Positions 51,408 through 64,000 of a DNA stretch of 64,000 nucleotides are shown here, in pieces (position 1 is the stretch's first letter; the number at the start of each line of letters is the position of its first letter). Origin of the DNA: Chrysomallon squamiferum (Eukaryota; Animalia; Mollusca); contig CM022679.1 in NCBI GenBank assembly GCA_012295275.1, forward strand, positions 11,656,001 to 11,720,000, in the 5' to 3' direction. The position numbers and the translations under genes were made by a program. Below the pieces are notes generated by a model, which was not told the origin of the DNA, did not search any database, and saw nothing but the letters and a program-made list of their open reading frames with translations.

Positions 51408-54400
51408 TTAATAATAAAAATCTATAATGAATTATTAACTGAAAATAAAACTAAACAGATTCAGGTTACAATATATGACTACTGACTAGCTGATGACACA
51501 GACATAATTAAATGTTATAACTGGAGACACTAGACGTGGTGATATCCCACATGACGATGTTAAGCTGTCAGAAGAGAAGATTTGTCAGAAAGGAAAAGAA
51601 AAATTGAGGAGGATAATAATTAATCATTTCAAGAGCTAGTAATATCTTCTGTTTTAGCTCTTGAATAAGACAGAGTCTAGTAAATGATTGAGAATTATAA
51701 ACAAAACCAAAACTATGGTTTAATGATCAGTCTAAAGGCACAGGAAATGTAGTTGCTTACATAAAAAAAAATAATAATAATAAAAAATAAAACAAATGTT
51801 TCTACCAGTTTTGACGGTGTAATAAACACTTACAAGTTGCTTATAAATAAAATATAAAGTGCCAGGTTACATAAAGAAAGAAATTTAAAAAAAATTAATA
51901 AAAGTATCAAAATAAAGTTACTGTTTTTCGTTCAGCACCAGTCTTTCTTAATTAAGTGTAAAACTAATATTACTTGGTTATGAAGATGCACAGAAAAAAA
52001 CCATTTTCTTTTTGTACATTATATCCATCTTTTAAATGCCAAAATACTTAGTATATTGGCAATGTTTTTTTCTCTTTTTTTTCATTGGGTGAATGTAATC
52101 ATACGGGGTTTTATTCTTTCTTTTTTCTAGTATTATTTATAAAATAAAACATTTTTAAGTATTAATCTTTGTATTATTTGTATGTACTCCTGAAAAACGA
52201 CTCTTACCAACTGAAATGAGTTAATACTGATTTGTTTGTTTTCCTCAAGAGTTTAACATGCTAGCAAATCATTCTTTAGAACATAGATCTGGATTCTGAA
52301 GTGTTTGGATTTAGTTACTGTGTTAGAGAACTAATTAAGAATGAGTAGTCAATATAGTGGGCACATAGTTGCACAGTTTATACAGTTCCATTGCTAGTAC
52401 CAGGATAAAATCCCTGTTTTTACCAACTGTTAGGACAGATGGTTTAAAACTGCAGTTGAGACTAGTCCCAGACTTTCCTTTTTCTGGTTATTCTGTATCA
52501 TACTCAACTAGATAACATAATCCAGGCCTAGCATGCTTGAACCTTTGACAGACATAAATTACTAAAAAGTATTCTTCAAATTTTTTTATTATGGATATTT
52601 TGTGAGAACATTTTTTTTATATATGTGTATTTTTTTTTTTTTTTTTTCATTGTTTTTATGTAGTTTTTTCTTCAGGAAGAGAAATCTTTTAACATTTCCC
52701 CCATCTTACTTTATCAACATCAAGATTGTTTGCCTAGATACTGCATTTTCTAATACAATGCTGTCTTCATCACAAAACTGTAACCACATTTTATGCATGA
52801 GTTGCCTGTCTGGCGATTGTCAGGCAATGAGTTAAAAAAAACGAACTGTTTCATTATCTTTCTTTTCTACTGGTTTCTTCACTACGATGGAAACTATACA
52901 AGCTGCATCTATTATATAATTAGTTCACAGTTTAACATGCCAAGGATAATTTTTCAGATTTAGTCTTTGAGTGTTCAAAATGGTCTAAAAAAACTTAGAA
53001 CTCAATAAAAATGTAAATGAATTTAATAAAAAAAAAAATGTTTTATATAATTAAAGTATACCTTTGGTGTTATGAACAGCCTAAGTACATTTTGCACACA
53101 TACAGTTTGTTATTTTGCTAATAAGAAAATATCACAAAATAACAAATTTATGTGGATGCACATAGATTTGTAACTGTTTTACCAGTTTTATGCTTGATGG
53201 TTTTTCCAGTGATTCAAGTTTTAAAACAGGATATTCATACAACATTCCTTTTTTTTTCTTTTTTTTCCATAAGCAAGGGAGTTCATTTTCAAGTAATCTG
53301 TTATTTTAAAAACAGCCATAATAATTTAGATCGTCTGCAAACTGTTTTATCCATACAATTCTCCAGCTGACCATAATTTTGCATAGCTGGAGCTGATATG
53401 ACTTCATATTCTTCTAACAGATAATTTCTCTGGCACACCCCACAGAGGCCGATGTTTCATGTATATCTAGTCACTTGAGGATGAAGGCTAATTTTCTCTT
53501 TACAAATGGAATCAATTCAGAGTCTATGTTCTATGTATTTAGATCTCTCTCTGTGTTTCCAACGCAAACACCATCAAGTAATGATGGGTTCCTGATTGCA
53601 TAGAAGCTGCTGAAAAAAAATCTTTATATGATCTTTCTGGTCACATAAAACAGATAAATCCCTCTAGACATCTAGTTAATGTAAGACTGGATTTCACTGA
53701 TTCTGTCTTTATAACGATCCTGGCAAGATTAAAAATATTAAATAAATCAATCTTTAATAAAAATTAAAAAACAGTTACCACTACCTAATATTTAAAAACA
53801 AAATAACATAAATAAATAAATAAAATTCTAAATAGAATTTAAAAAAGAAAGTTTGAGGGGAAACAATATGTTATAATTTACCCATGTACTTTCCACTGGC
53901 ATTTATCCTTAATTCCTATAAAGTTCCAAATCTGTTTTGTGGTTTATATTAAAATTAAGAAAATGTTAATTAATAACAGTGTGGTCTGTTTGGTTTTATT
54001 TTCCCAATGTCTCAAGCAAGTATCAACCAGTAAACTGGTTTTAAACAGAGAGAAAAATATTTTATTTATTCACCATACAAAGAATAATCTCTGTTTAATT
54101 TAAATAAACCTGATACAGGTAATATTTATTTTTTTGGTTACATTTACAGTAACATATTTCATTGTTGCCAAGTTTGATATATAAAAAATAATATTGTCCA
54201 AAGGTTAGTTGCTGCACATATATCATCATCATCCTCTGACCAAAATAAATATGTCAAGCTCACTTATAAAATTTGTCACCAACATATTACTGGAGACTAT
54301 AGGAATAGCAAATCAATGAAAACTTTTTCAAATCTTATTACTTTGGTCCATGTTGCGTGTAGTTTTGTAATTTGTCTTTCTGACGTATGTTATCTGACCT

Positions 54401-57400
54401 ACAGAGCACCACAGCTCTGAACAATGACCCACATGATAAATTTCTACAAGTGAATCAATGAACTGGATTGTTCTGAAATTCACTTTATCATTGAATACAT
54501 CACAGATTTGATCAAAGAATGCAAAAGCAATCAAAAATAATCACAAAAATCTCACACTGTGAAATGAACAGTGCATTTGAAAGTCTTCTTATTATCTATA
54601 GTGTAGTTATTAACAATACACATCAAATCTGGCTGGATACACACACACACACATATATATATATATTAATAATATATAAAGATCTATATTGGTGGAATGA
54701 GTAGATTCTCATCACATCTGGGAGAAGAGTCAATAGTGCTGATGTTTTTCTACCATTGATGGAATCCATAATGAAATGAGAAACATAACACATAGCAATA
54801 TGTCAATATTATTCCACACCATCTGCTTCACACCAAAGGCAGGATTAATAACTGAGCTTGTGGGGGATGATGGGTAGATTGTGCATACTGAAGTCATTAG
54901 GATTATGGTAAATCACAGTATTAACATCTTCTTACAATTATACTTACCATATCAGAAATACGAAGACATTGATTAATTTGTTTTTATTATTATTATTACT
55001 CTATGGACTGTATGTATTTATATATGGATGGATAGATTCATATATTACTATTTACATTTACAATATACATATAAAATAATAATAACAACAGCAGCAATAA
55101 TGACAATAGTAATAATTAATATTTATCATAATAAAAATAAAATACAAATGTAATAATAAATTAAATTTTTTTTTTTTTTTTTTAAAACCCTGTCAATAAC
55201 AATAACAATAATATAAAAGTAAGATTAACAACAAAAATAATATGCAGATAATATTCTGAGAGGTCAACTGTGTAATTATTTCAGAACAGACATTTATAAC
55301 ATAATTTAGTTGTGTATGTTTAAAACAAGACCTAACTGATAGACACACAATATATCATGATAACTTGGTGTGTTTGACAAATGGTCTTGTTGAAAACTGC
55401 ACATCCAAAATCCCTCAGTGAGGTTAATAAGCAATGGACAGTTTTGTTTATTTCAGTACTGGAGAGACACATGGCCAAATGTAGTAAATAAATTATTAAT
55501 TAATTAATCTGAAGGGGTAGAAAATAAACATTCAGACTTTATGTTTACTGATATCCATCAACATGTAATTATTTATTACTCCACAGGTGATAACATCAGT
55601 GATGATAATAAGATGGTAAATGGCACAGCAGGATGTGAGGAAAATCAATGAAAAAAGCATTTAATGGAAAGAATTATCACTGAAAAAAATGATATACACA
55701 CGCACACATGCATACATTCCTCATGTAAATTTTAAAAGTCTGAGAAATTTAAAGGAAATAAAACAACAAAAACAAAGAAATGACAGTAATAATAAAAATA
55801 AAATAAAATAAATTAAATTTAAAAAAAATAAAACAAAATAAAAACTTTGATTTTAAGAGCATAATTATAATCTACATTAGAGGCTTCACAGTTCTATTTC
55901 TGGAAATTCATTTCTGATAAACATCAAGACCAATTAAGTGTTAAAAAGATTAAATTTAGATTTTTAAAAAAGTATTATACAATGATTTAACCATTTATAG
56001 CACATTTAGATAGATTTTGTTTTTCATACCAAGAGTGGTTTTTTTTTTTTTTTATCCAGCTGAAAGCAGCATAGGAAAAATAGAGGAAAATATTATACGT
56101 ATTCCCACTCTACTGAATTTTGCTATTTGCCTTAGTACCCAGAGTTAATTATATCTGAATGCCTTTCATTGCAAATGTATAGATAATAAGATAAAGAGAG
56201 TGATATTAAACAAACATGACAAAAAAGTGCTATGTATGTTTTAGACAAGCAGTTGTGCCGATTCATGCTGTACACTAAAATAGAATTTGCTGTAAAGCAA
56301 ATGCTACCGGCTATGTGTAAATTTAGTTTGCGCTTCCTTTTCAATACATCCACAGGTTGGCTAATAAAAGAATTACAACACACATACAAAATGTCATGCT
56401 CAGAAGCAGAAATAGATGCTCCAGTTAATTTTGAAGGAAAACACACAATCAATCAAAATTGGAAGTGACTGCTGCAGATGCAGAGATAATGTGCTTACAG
56501 GTTGTTAGCATGAGATGTACAGATTTAATTAATTATCCATGTCTCCTTTCTAGAACAGTATGCTAGATGGGTAAAGGGTTAGAAACAATGTGCTCCCACC
56601 TGTATCTGCTCTAAATAATTTAAAAGTTAATGGCTTTACGATTACTGAAGATGAAAATATCTGTCAGAAAAGCAACATCAACATCAATGAAACAAAGGTA
56701 ATAAGTTGTATTTATTTTTGCAGACAAATTATATATTTTACATCATCTTATTGTTCTATTACAAACAGAAGGAATTAACTAAAAAAAATTATTTAACCTC
56801 GACACTTAATATTTATCATTTTAAAAAAAAAAAAATGTTTTAAAAGGTACCTTATGATAAGTTTAATATCTCATAAGGAACTTGCTAGAATGGGAAATGG
56901 CTAAATGATGAGATTTAAAAAGAAACTGATCTCATAACGGAACTTGAATCTACGAGCTGTGACTCTTATGATTATCAATTAAAGATTCCTGAAACATAGC
57001 ATATTAGTTGATATTTTTTGCAGATTTATAAAAACTGTATAATGTATTTTAATTTGGTATTTCCTTCAGTAAGAAAATCAAAACGCTCTGATATGTCATT
57101 TCATGTTTTTACATGAAGTTGTTTTCACATACATAACAATGTCATCACTATGTTATGTCTTGCCTACTGAGCTGAAACCATCAGATATCTTCATATTGGT
57201 TGCCTCCAATGGTTTCAACAAGCATGGTGCATAAAACTTTACTGTGTGAGCTTCAGATTATCTGAGATTATTTCTGATATATGAATATTGAATATCTATC
57301 AAATACATTTCAAAAGCTGATGGGCTAACAAAAGGTTAATGGGTATAATGATTAACATGCTTGGATGACTGTAACAATTGGCCAGATTCTGCATTAATTG

Positions 57401-58220
57401 GTTATTTTCCAACAACAGAACATCAGCACCAAGTTCTTTTTTCATTTTGAAATCTAAATATTATTCACACTTATGTATATGAAATAATGAACTCATTAAC
57501 TTATAAATATTTTAAAGATAATTCACACAAATGTGTCTGTTAATCAACTATCCATCAATCCACCACTTGTATAAAAATAAATCAGCAATGAGAAAATAGT
57601 CCACCTTTATGAAGTTATTTCTCCATGTATACCTTAAAAAAAATAAAAAATAAAAAACACAACCTCTTCAGAAAAAAGCCTAGCAAAACAAGTTCACTTT
57701 TATCTGCCTGTTAGCATGCACACATATATGCAAACACATATACAAAATTAAAATCCTTACAAACATCTCAAATAACAGAATTTTAGCAGCAGACAAACAT
57801 CATGAATAAAAAAATCATTAATAATACATCAAAGCACAATATAATGACCTCTGGCAACATTACCTAAAATGACCATTGAAGTTAGTATTTATTCAACTCA
57901 AAAACATTCTTAAGTGGTTTGTCATACTCAAAGATCCATTGATAACACAACATCTAGTATTTCATTCACTGGTCGTGAATTAATAGAACATCTACCATTG
58001 AATATATATGATCATAACAAACCTGACCTGGATTCATTTGAAATAAAGTGAGAACCATCTTGGGAAAATAATCTATTTCTTTATCTTTTATTCATGATTC
58101 TGACAACTGATATCAAGCAAGAAAATTTGTATTCTCAGACATGATGAAACTACATTGAACACATTAAGCTAGCACTGAAGATTTTTGTTTGCTCTTTAGA
58201 AAATGGTCAATGAGAAACTA

Positions 58221-58385
58221 CAGTTCTGTGGTTAGAACCCTGACCAGAGGTCTGAAAGATCACAGGATCAATCTCCATCAGGACTCCACTTCATTTTCTT
58301 TCTAAGCTAATTTTTGGTTTATCTAAGACCATATCTTGGCTTTTATATCTATGGGAAAGTGTAAAAAAGGATCTTTTGTTTATAA
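58221..58385 (+). mobile_element. Degraded tRNA-derived SINE-like copy in the opposite orientation
   Basis: agttctgtggttagaac (A-box-like), caggatcaatctcc (B-box-like), then the reverse complement of the shared core (tctatgggaaagtgtaaaaaaggatctttt). Confidence 0.5.
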
Positions 58386-60812
58386 TAGTTTTTCTTTCAT
58401 ATCACCATTATACAACTCCATGGTAATATATATAATATAATATTACTGATGAAAAATGACATTGTTTTAGGTAAGTAAATTAAAAAAATGTTAGCTGAGG
58501 CAAAATACCAAATTTTAATTATAATATAACTTCAAAATGCATGAAAAGATAAAAGAATGATTCAAAGTTAAATTTTAATTGAGTCCCATTTTTTTTTTTT
58601 TTTTTTGAGTTTTATCTATGTCTGTCTCTACATATCAGTCTGTCAGTCTTATTTTGAACCTTACTTCTTGAATATTTTATACACTTAGACTCAGCCTTTC
58701 ATTTTTTTTCAAAGTGATGCATTGATAACACATAACCTGTGATCAGGGTGCAATCTGGTAAATGTCAATTTTCTTTCATCTCTTTACACTAAACAGATTT
58801 TAGTTTTAACAGATTATATTCTGGTTCTCTTCACAGATAATAATAACATTCCAAAACAATATGACATACATTTAAATATATAGACAAAAAAAAAAAAAAA
58901 AAAAAAATCAATACAGACAAAAAAACCCAACATTTTCATGTATTTAATTTAAATTCGTTTTAATTTATTAGACAAAAAAGAATTTTACTGATTCTTTGAA
59001 AATTTAAATTTCAACATATTTCCTGCAAGGTTTAAATTAACTCTGAATAATATTGAAATTTACATACAGTATATTATTAAACTGCACTGAATTAAGTAAA
59101 AAATAGTCTGTCTCTGATTGTGCTTCCTACCTTTTTTTTGTTATTGTTCACAGGTATTAATACTGACTAAATAACAAAAAAGATGAATCACCTCAGTTGT
59201 TTCACAAGATTTTCTACAGATAGGAATAAGCAATTCTTAGTTTTACAGAAATCATTCTAGACAAACTTCATAAAGTATTTTAAGTGTTACAAATATACTA
59301 GCATAGCATATTTACAAGTTAAAAAAAAAAAATAAAATAATAATAATAAATAAGTTATGGTCAAAAGTACAAATTAAAAGTGACAGCTGTTTCAGTAAAG
59401 TGATTCACAGACTGCATTATCATCCAGTGTTCCCGTTAAATGAGTATTCTATTCCTGTGGGCAAAGAAAGAAAAGAAAATGAAAGATTTATAGAAAGAGA
59501 TAAGGTACAGAGAGAGACACCAAGATGGAAAACTAGGAATAACGCCCAGAAAAGTGCAGAACAAATTGGCCAATGAGTCAAGGCAAGCATTGAACATATA
59601 GTTTAATTCAATAACCTACAATTAAATCTAGTAAATACAAAATGAACTTATCTAACCTTGTCTCTACTTGGTTAAATGTTTTTTTATTGTTTTTTTTTTT
59701 TTTTTTTTTATTGAGTCAACCATAAAGCATATAAAATTCCCCATGAAATCACTGACCCAAGAAGTCAAAATGTACTTGTACTTTATAGTCTACCATATAC
59801 TTAAATCTAAGAAAATATTGTAAATGATCATCAATGAACTGTAATCATCCTATCACTTGTGTGTTTGTGTGTGTGTGTGTGTATATCTACTTATAGATGT
59901 GTAGATTTAATTTTATGTGCTTTGTTGTTTGTACACACATGTACAAACACTAACAATTTATATCATGACATATTCTACAGTAAAATACAAGCTAATGTAG
60001 GCAGTAATCAAAGATTTGTTGGTCTTAAATATGACATGCCCTCAATTTTAACAAAGTTATTATTATAACTGTCACATAATAATAATAATAATAATAATAA
60101 TAATATCAGCATCATCATCATAAATATAATTATGATAATAAGGTAAGAACTGTATTAGCAGTTTAGGACTGCTACCTTTGTGTATTATTATCTAATTATT
60201 ATGTATATTTGGGTAGAGCTATCCAGGATAATCTGTTTTGCTGTCATAGAGACATAAACAGTGTTACATGAATATTCAATAAAACATCAACCTTTTTGCC
60301 CTTCATATTTTTAAGTGTTCATGTGCAAAGAAGTGATAATATAATATTATTATATTAATGCACATTATGTTAGGTTCTTGAATATTCAGTTTCTGTCAGT
60401 GGCACAAAAAAGTAAATATGTTATTTACGTAATAGTTTCTACAGGTACATGTTATATATAATAATATAGTGTGTGTAGATTATCACCTGCAAAATCTCTT
60501 TTTGAAGCATGTTTAGCATATTCGTCATAAAAAAATTCAGATCAGTTACATGTCAAATGTACATTTAATGGGTAACTGCCTGTCATAAATTATGTAACTT
60601 GAATATATGCTCTCATTTCCTGTCATGGTGTTGAAAGAGTTTTCTAATTACACGATATCCTTGATATGGGTCCTTTAAAGTGAAAAAAAAAAGTGGTGTA
60701 GGTGGAAATCATTTTTGTGCTACTGGAAGTAAACAAGTATAAATAACAACCAGAAATAGAATAAATAAATCTTTCATTTTTTTTTCATTTTTAACATTTT
60801 CAGTTCTGAAGT

Positions 60813-60863
60813 GGGTACAAGTTGAAAAAATATTCCTGGGTACAAGTTGAAAATATTCCTGGG
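60813..60863. repeat. Short ~24-bp tandem duplication
   Basis: gggtacaagttgaaaaaatattcct followed by gggtacaagttgaaaatattcct. Confidence 0.9.
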
Positions 60864-61618
60864 CAAAGAAAACATGATTCAGTAAATGAGAGATACTGTT
60901 CTAACTCTCTGTTGCACACCTACTGAAGTGGTCTCTATTGATACTGGGAAAGCCAAAATCAGTTCTGCTATAGCAGTCATTAAAGGTACTCAAAATGTTA
61001 ATTGTATTATTTGTCTCTGACTAATTATATGTATTTTACCCATAAAGCATTCAGTTATATACACTGAGAAACTAGGATGAAATGGAAAACAGACAATGGT
61101 TATATGGTGCAATTAATCTGTGAATCCTCACTCAGAAAGCACTTTAGTTTGCTAATTCAGATGGTTATTTCTGTTTTCACCATTATGTTTGTACTTATGC
61201 TGAAAGTATCATAAGAATGTTGTAGAGATGACAGTGGTGATAATAAGAGCCAAGGTAATGGTAATGGTATGACAGGAGCACTTGTATCTGCAGTAGCAGC
61301 AGCAGAAGCAGTAGCAATTTTAAAAGTAATCATAATATTACCATCTGTATGTACAGTGGTAATATCAGCAGTGGTTATAAATTACAATATAAAATTCAAA
61401 GTCAGTTAAAAATATAAGTAAGATTATTATACATTTTTTTTTTAAATTTAAAAACTATTAATTTATTTTAAAAAAATTGTTTAAATAGATTAAATAACAA
61501 AAATATATAAATTCAGCTATATATTTTAAATATTAATTTTATCCTTTAGTCTATTAAAAGTATTTTATAACATTTATCTCAAAACCACAGCAGCTCACAT
61601 GGCTGGCCTAATTCTTAC

Positions 61619-61886
61619 CTATGGATTCATGTAGGTTAGCTAGACCTAGTTGTATAGGTGACATTTTGTTAAAAAGAAATGTGTGTGATACGTTTGTTTG
61701 TTCAGTGGATGACTGATTGAGTTCATTCATAAAGACTCCACAGTGGAGTAGGTGGGTAGGTGGACTATGGAATGTTGTTGGGTGTCTTGAATCTCCTTTG
61801 ACATGCATGCAAACATGTTCCACAGTGCTGTCATCAAACAAAATTAATGAAAGAACCCACCCCAACAAACATTCCCAAGCACCCAT
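61619..61886 (-). CDS. Candidate first coding exon of the neuregulin-like gene (signal-peptide-like N-terminus)
   Basis: aaaATGg start context; 89 open codons beginning MGAWECLLGWVLSLILF; ends at a strong AG|gtaaga donor in phase 1, matching the phase-1 Ig exon acceptor. No recognisable homology. Confidence 0.65.
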
Positions 61887-62401
61887 TTTTCAAATAGTTT
61901 AACTCCTTTCATATTTTGATCATGACGCATACAGGTGGTATTAATAACCACACAGTATTCATTAGCATTAAAAGGCTTATCATTTCTTTCTTTTTTTAAA
62001 TTTGTATAATTAGCTTGTTCTTACGTGTTAATGTTTTTTGTGTTTTTTATTCTAAAGTTTACTGTGCAATTTAAAATATGAAAATAGCAACAGTCTGGTT
62101 TTCGTTTTTAAATATAGAATTGTAACTCCAGGACATTATGCCCTAGGTAGAATACATTAACCGTAACTTGGTTAAAATTGTAAGTATGAACATCTCTGCA
62201 GAGAGTATATATTTAACTGAATTTTATTTATTTATTTTTTAATTTCTAACACTAACTTCAATAAATCAAGTTATGACAGCTTCTTATCAGTTTTAGCTGC
62301 TGATTATGTATGTGACATCTCTATTAATATAAAAATGATGTCTTTATTAAAACAAATATTTTCAACTATTTGGTTTTTATAACATAATGCTTGTGAAATA
62401 C

Positions 62402-62439
<38 letters not shown>

Positions 62440-64000
62440 GATTAAAATAAAATAAAATAATATTAATAAAAAAAAAATTATGAGAGAAAAAATTAAAAAG
62501 AAAATAATATATATAATACAAGCACACAAATGTGAATGGAAATTTATTTATTATAACATTTGAATAAATTTTGGAATGTATATATTTAGATCTATCAATA
62601 TCATATCAGTTCTTAATTTAAAGTTTTAAATGGTAACTTTACATCTTACTGTCCATAAAAACTAAATAAATTCTTTCAAAATTAACACCATATGTTTTCA
62701 AAGGAATTGTATCATAATCCCAAATGTAAAAACCACCATACCCCTTAATTTTATCACTTTGACTTTAAAGATTACAATTTTTAGAATTTCAGGCTGCGTC
62801 ACTTTTCAAGATATTTATCACTAGGTTTTCTTTTTTAGACTATTAATGTTTCATAAATTAAAAAAATCACTTTAGGTCAAACTCCCTTCCTTTCCAGATA
62901 TAACCATTTTTTGACAAGCTTTCAAAAATAACTCCTATTCTTCCCTGTCTCCATATTCTGAGATCTAAATTAAAATTTTCTTCTGTAATTAAGCCAATGA
63001 ACACCTATCACAATGGCTTCCTAAATTAAAACCTTCACAGCTCTCCTGAAGTAGGGAGCTCCACAAGTGTCTGCAGCTGGAATGTGTTGAGTTCCCCGAA
63101 TGACCGCAGTGACTCCCCCAAAGTAATTACAGACATGTCGTCAATTCTTGGAGAGAATGAACTGATGAAGCTCGAGAATTGTTCTTTTATAATTGCAAGC
63201 TCAAATGTTAGGAAACTGCCAGTGGTCAGTCAGCTGGAAATATCATGTTAGTGGCACTGGAGAGGAATTGGTACATGATCATGCATATGTCCCCAGTTTC
63301 TGGTAAGGAATGGATTGTTTGTGTGGCACAAGCTCAGCAGATGGTTTAATAATAGACAAAAATTATTTAATATGCTTCAGTTTGACCTTTTCCGATAATA
63401 TTGTGATGCCAATAAAATAAAATAAAATAAAATAATTAAATAACTAAATTAATAATAATAATAATAATAATAAAAGATTACTTTCAGTTATATAAGAATA
63501 ATCAACAAATCTTCATTTAACAGAAAGACTTCTAAGTAATTTTAGTTAAAATATTTTAAAAGCATAACATTCTTTGAAAGCTGATTAATTTTAATCCAGA
63601 TTTTTACATTTCAGATATAAAACTTAAATGAACAGATAGGAACAGCACAGTTGTAACATGATAACTTGCTGCAAGGGAGCACACACACACCCTTGACTTG
63701 TCACGGTCTGTGTTAATTTAATGGTTTAAAAGATTAGTTAGTAATAAAACAAATTAGAGAAGAAAGACATAATGAGAAGCCATTATCTGCCAGTCATGTG
63801 AATTTCACATGAAAACCCCTCAGATCCTTTTAAATTAAACTGATCTCACCAGAAATGGTAACTCTAGATCAACAACTTTTATCTCTACAAGAGCAATTCT
63901 GAATGTATTAAAAATACAAACCGGCCATTTTTGGATGGTGAAATCTAGTTTTATTTCAGTCATTTCAGATATCATCACATGATTAAATTATGAAAGCTAC

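Noticed and set aside
11207-60068. Dozens of 60-150 aa ORFs rich in F/I/L/Y/K/N
   Set aside because: Their composition mirrors AT-rich introns and simple repeats; many use non-ATG starts and show no motifs or matching splice phases.
1-64000. CRISPR arrays, rRNA, intact tRNA genes, transposase or RT ORFs
   Set aside because: None seen. The tandem repeats lack unique spacers and the sequence is eukaryotic.

Overview
AT-rich, microsatellite-laden animal genomic DNA with spliceosomal introns; an invertebrate, possibly a mollusc (inference only). Three spliced genes were reconstructed by hand. (1) A + strand FUT10/FUT11-type GT10 fucosyltransferase: four coding exons at 860-3728, 5' exon not located, followed by an in-frame diverged copy of its last 62 codons at 4325-4513. 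(2) A + strand CYSTM1-like Pro/Gln-rich gene at 9856-10440, with a 1-nt frameshift in this sequence and a likely promoter and first exon near 5.8-6.9 kb. (3) A ~43 kb - strand neuregulin-like gene at 61886->18696 (signal-like first exon, Ig, EGF, TM, long acidic tail; about 697-698 aa), with all intron phases consistent. Two observations stand out. The neuregulin-like gene has two alternative, frame-incompatible EGF C-terminal exons that look like the vertebrate NRG1/2 alpha/beta switch. The FUT10/11-CYSTM1-NRG neighbourhood matches gene pairs that flank human NRG1 and NRG2. Most short ORFs in the supplied track are intronic noise.
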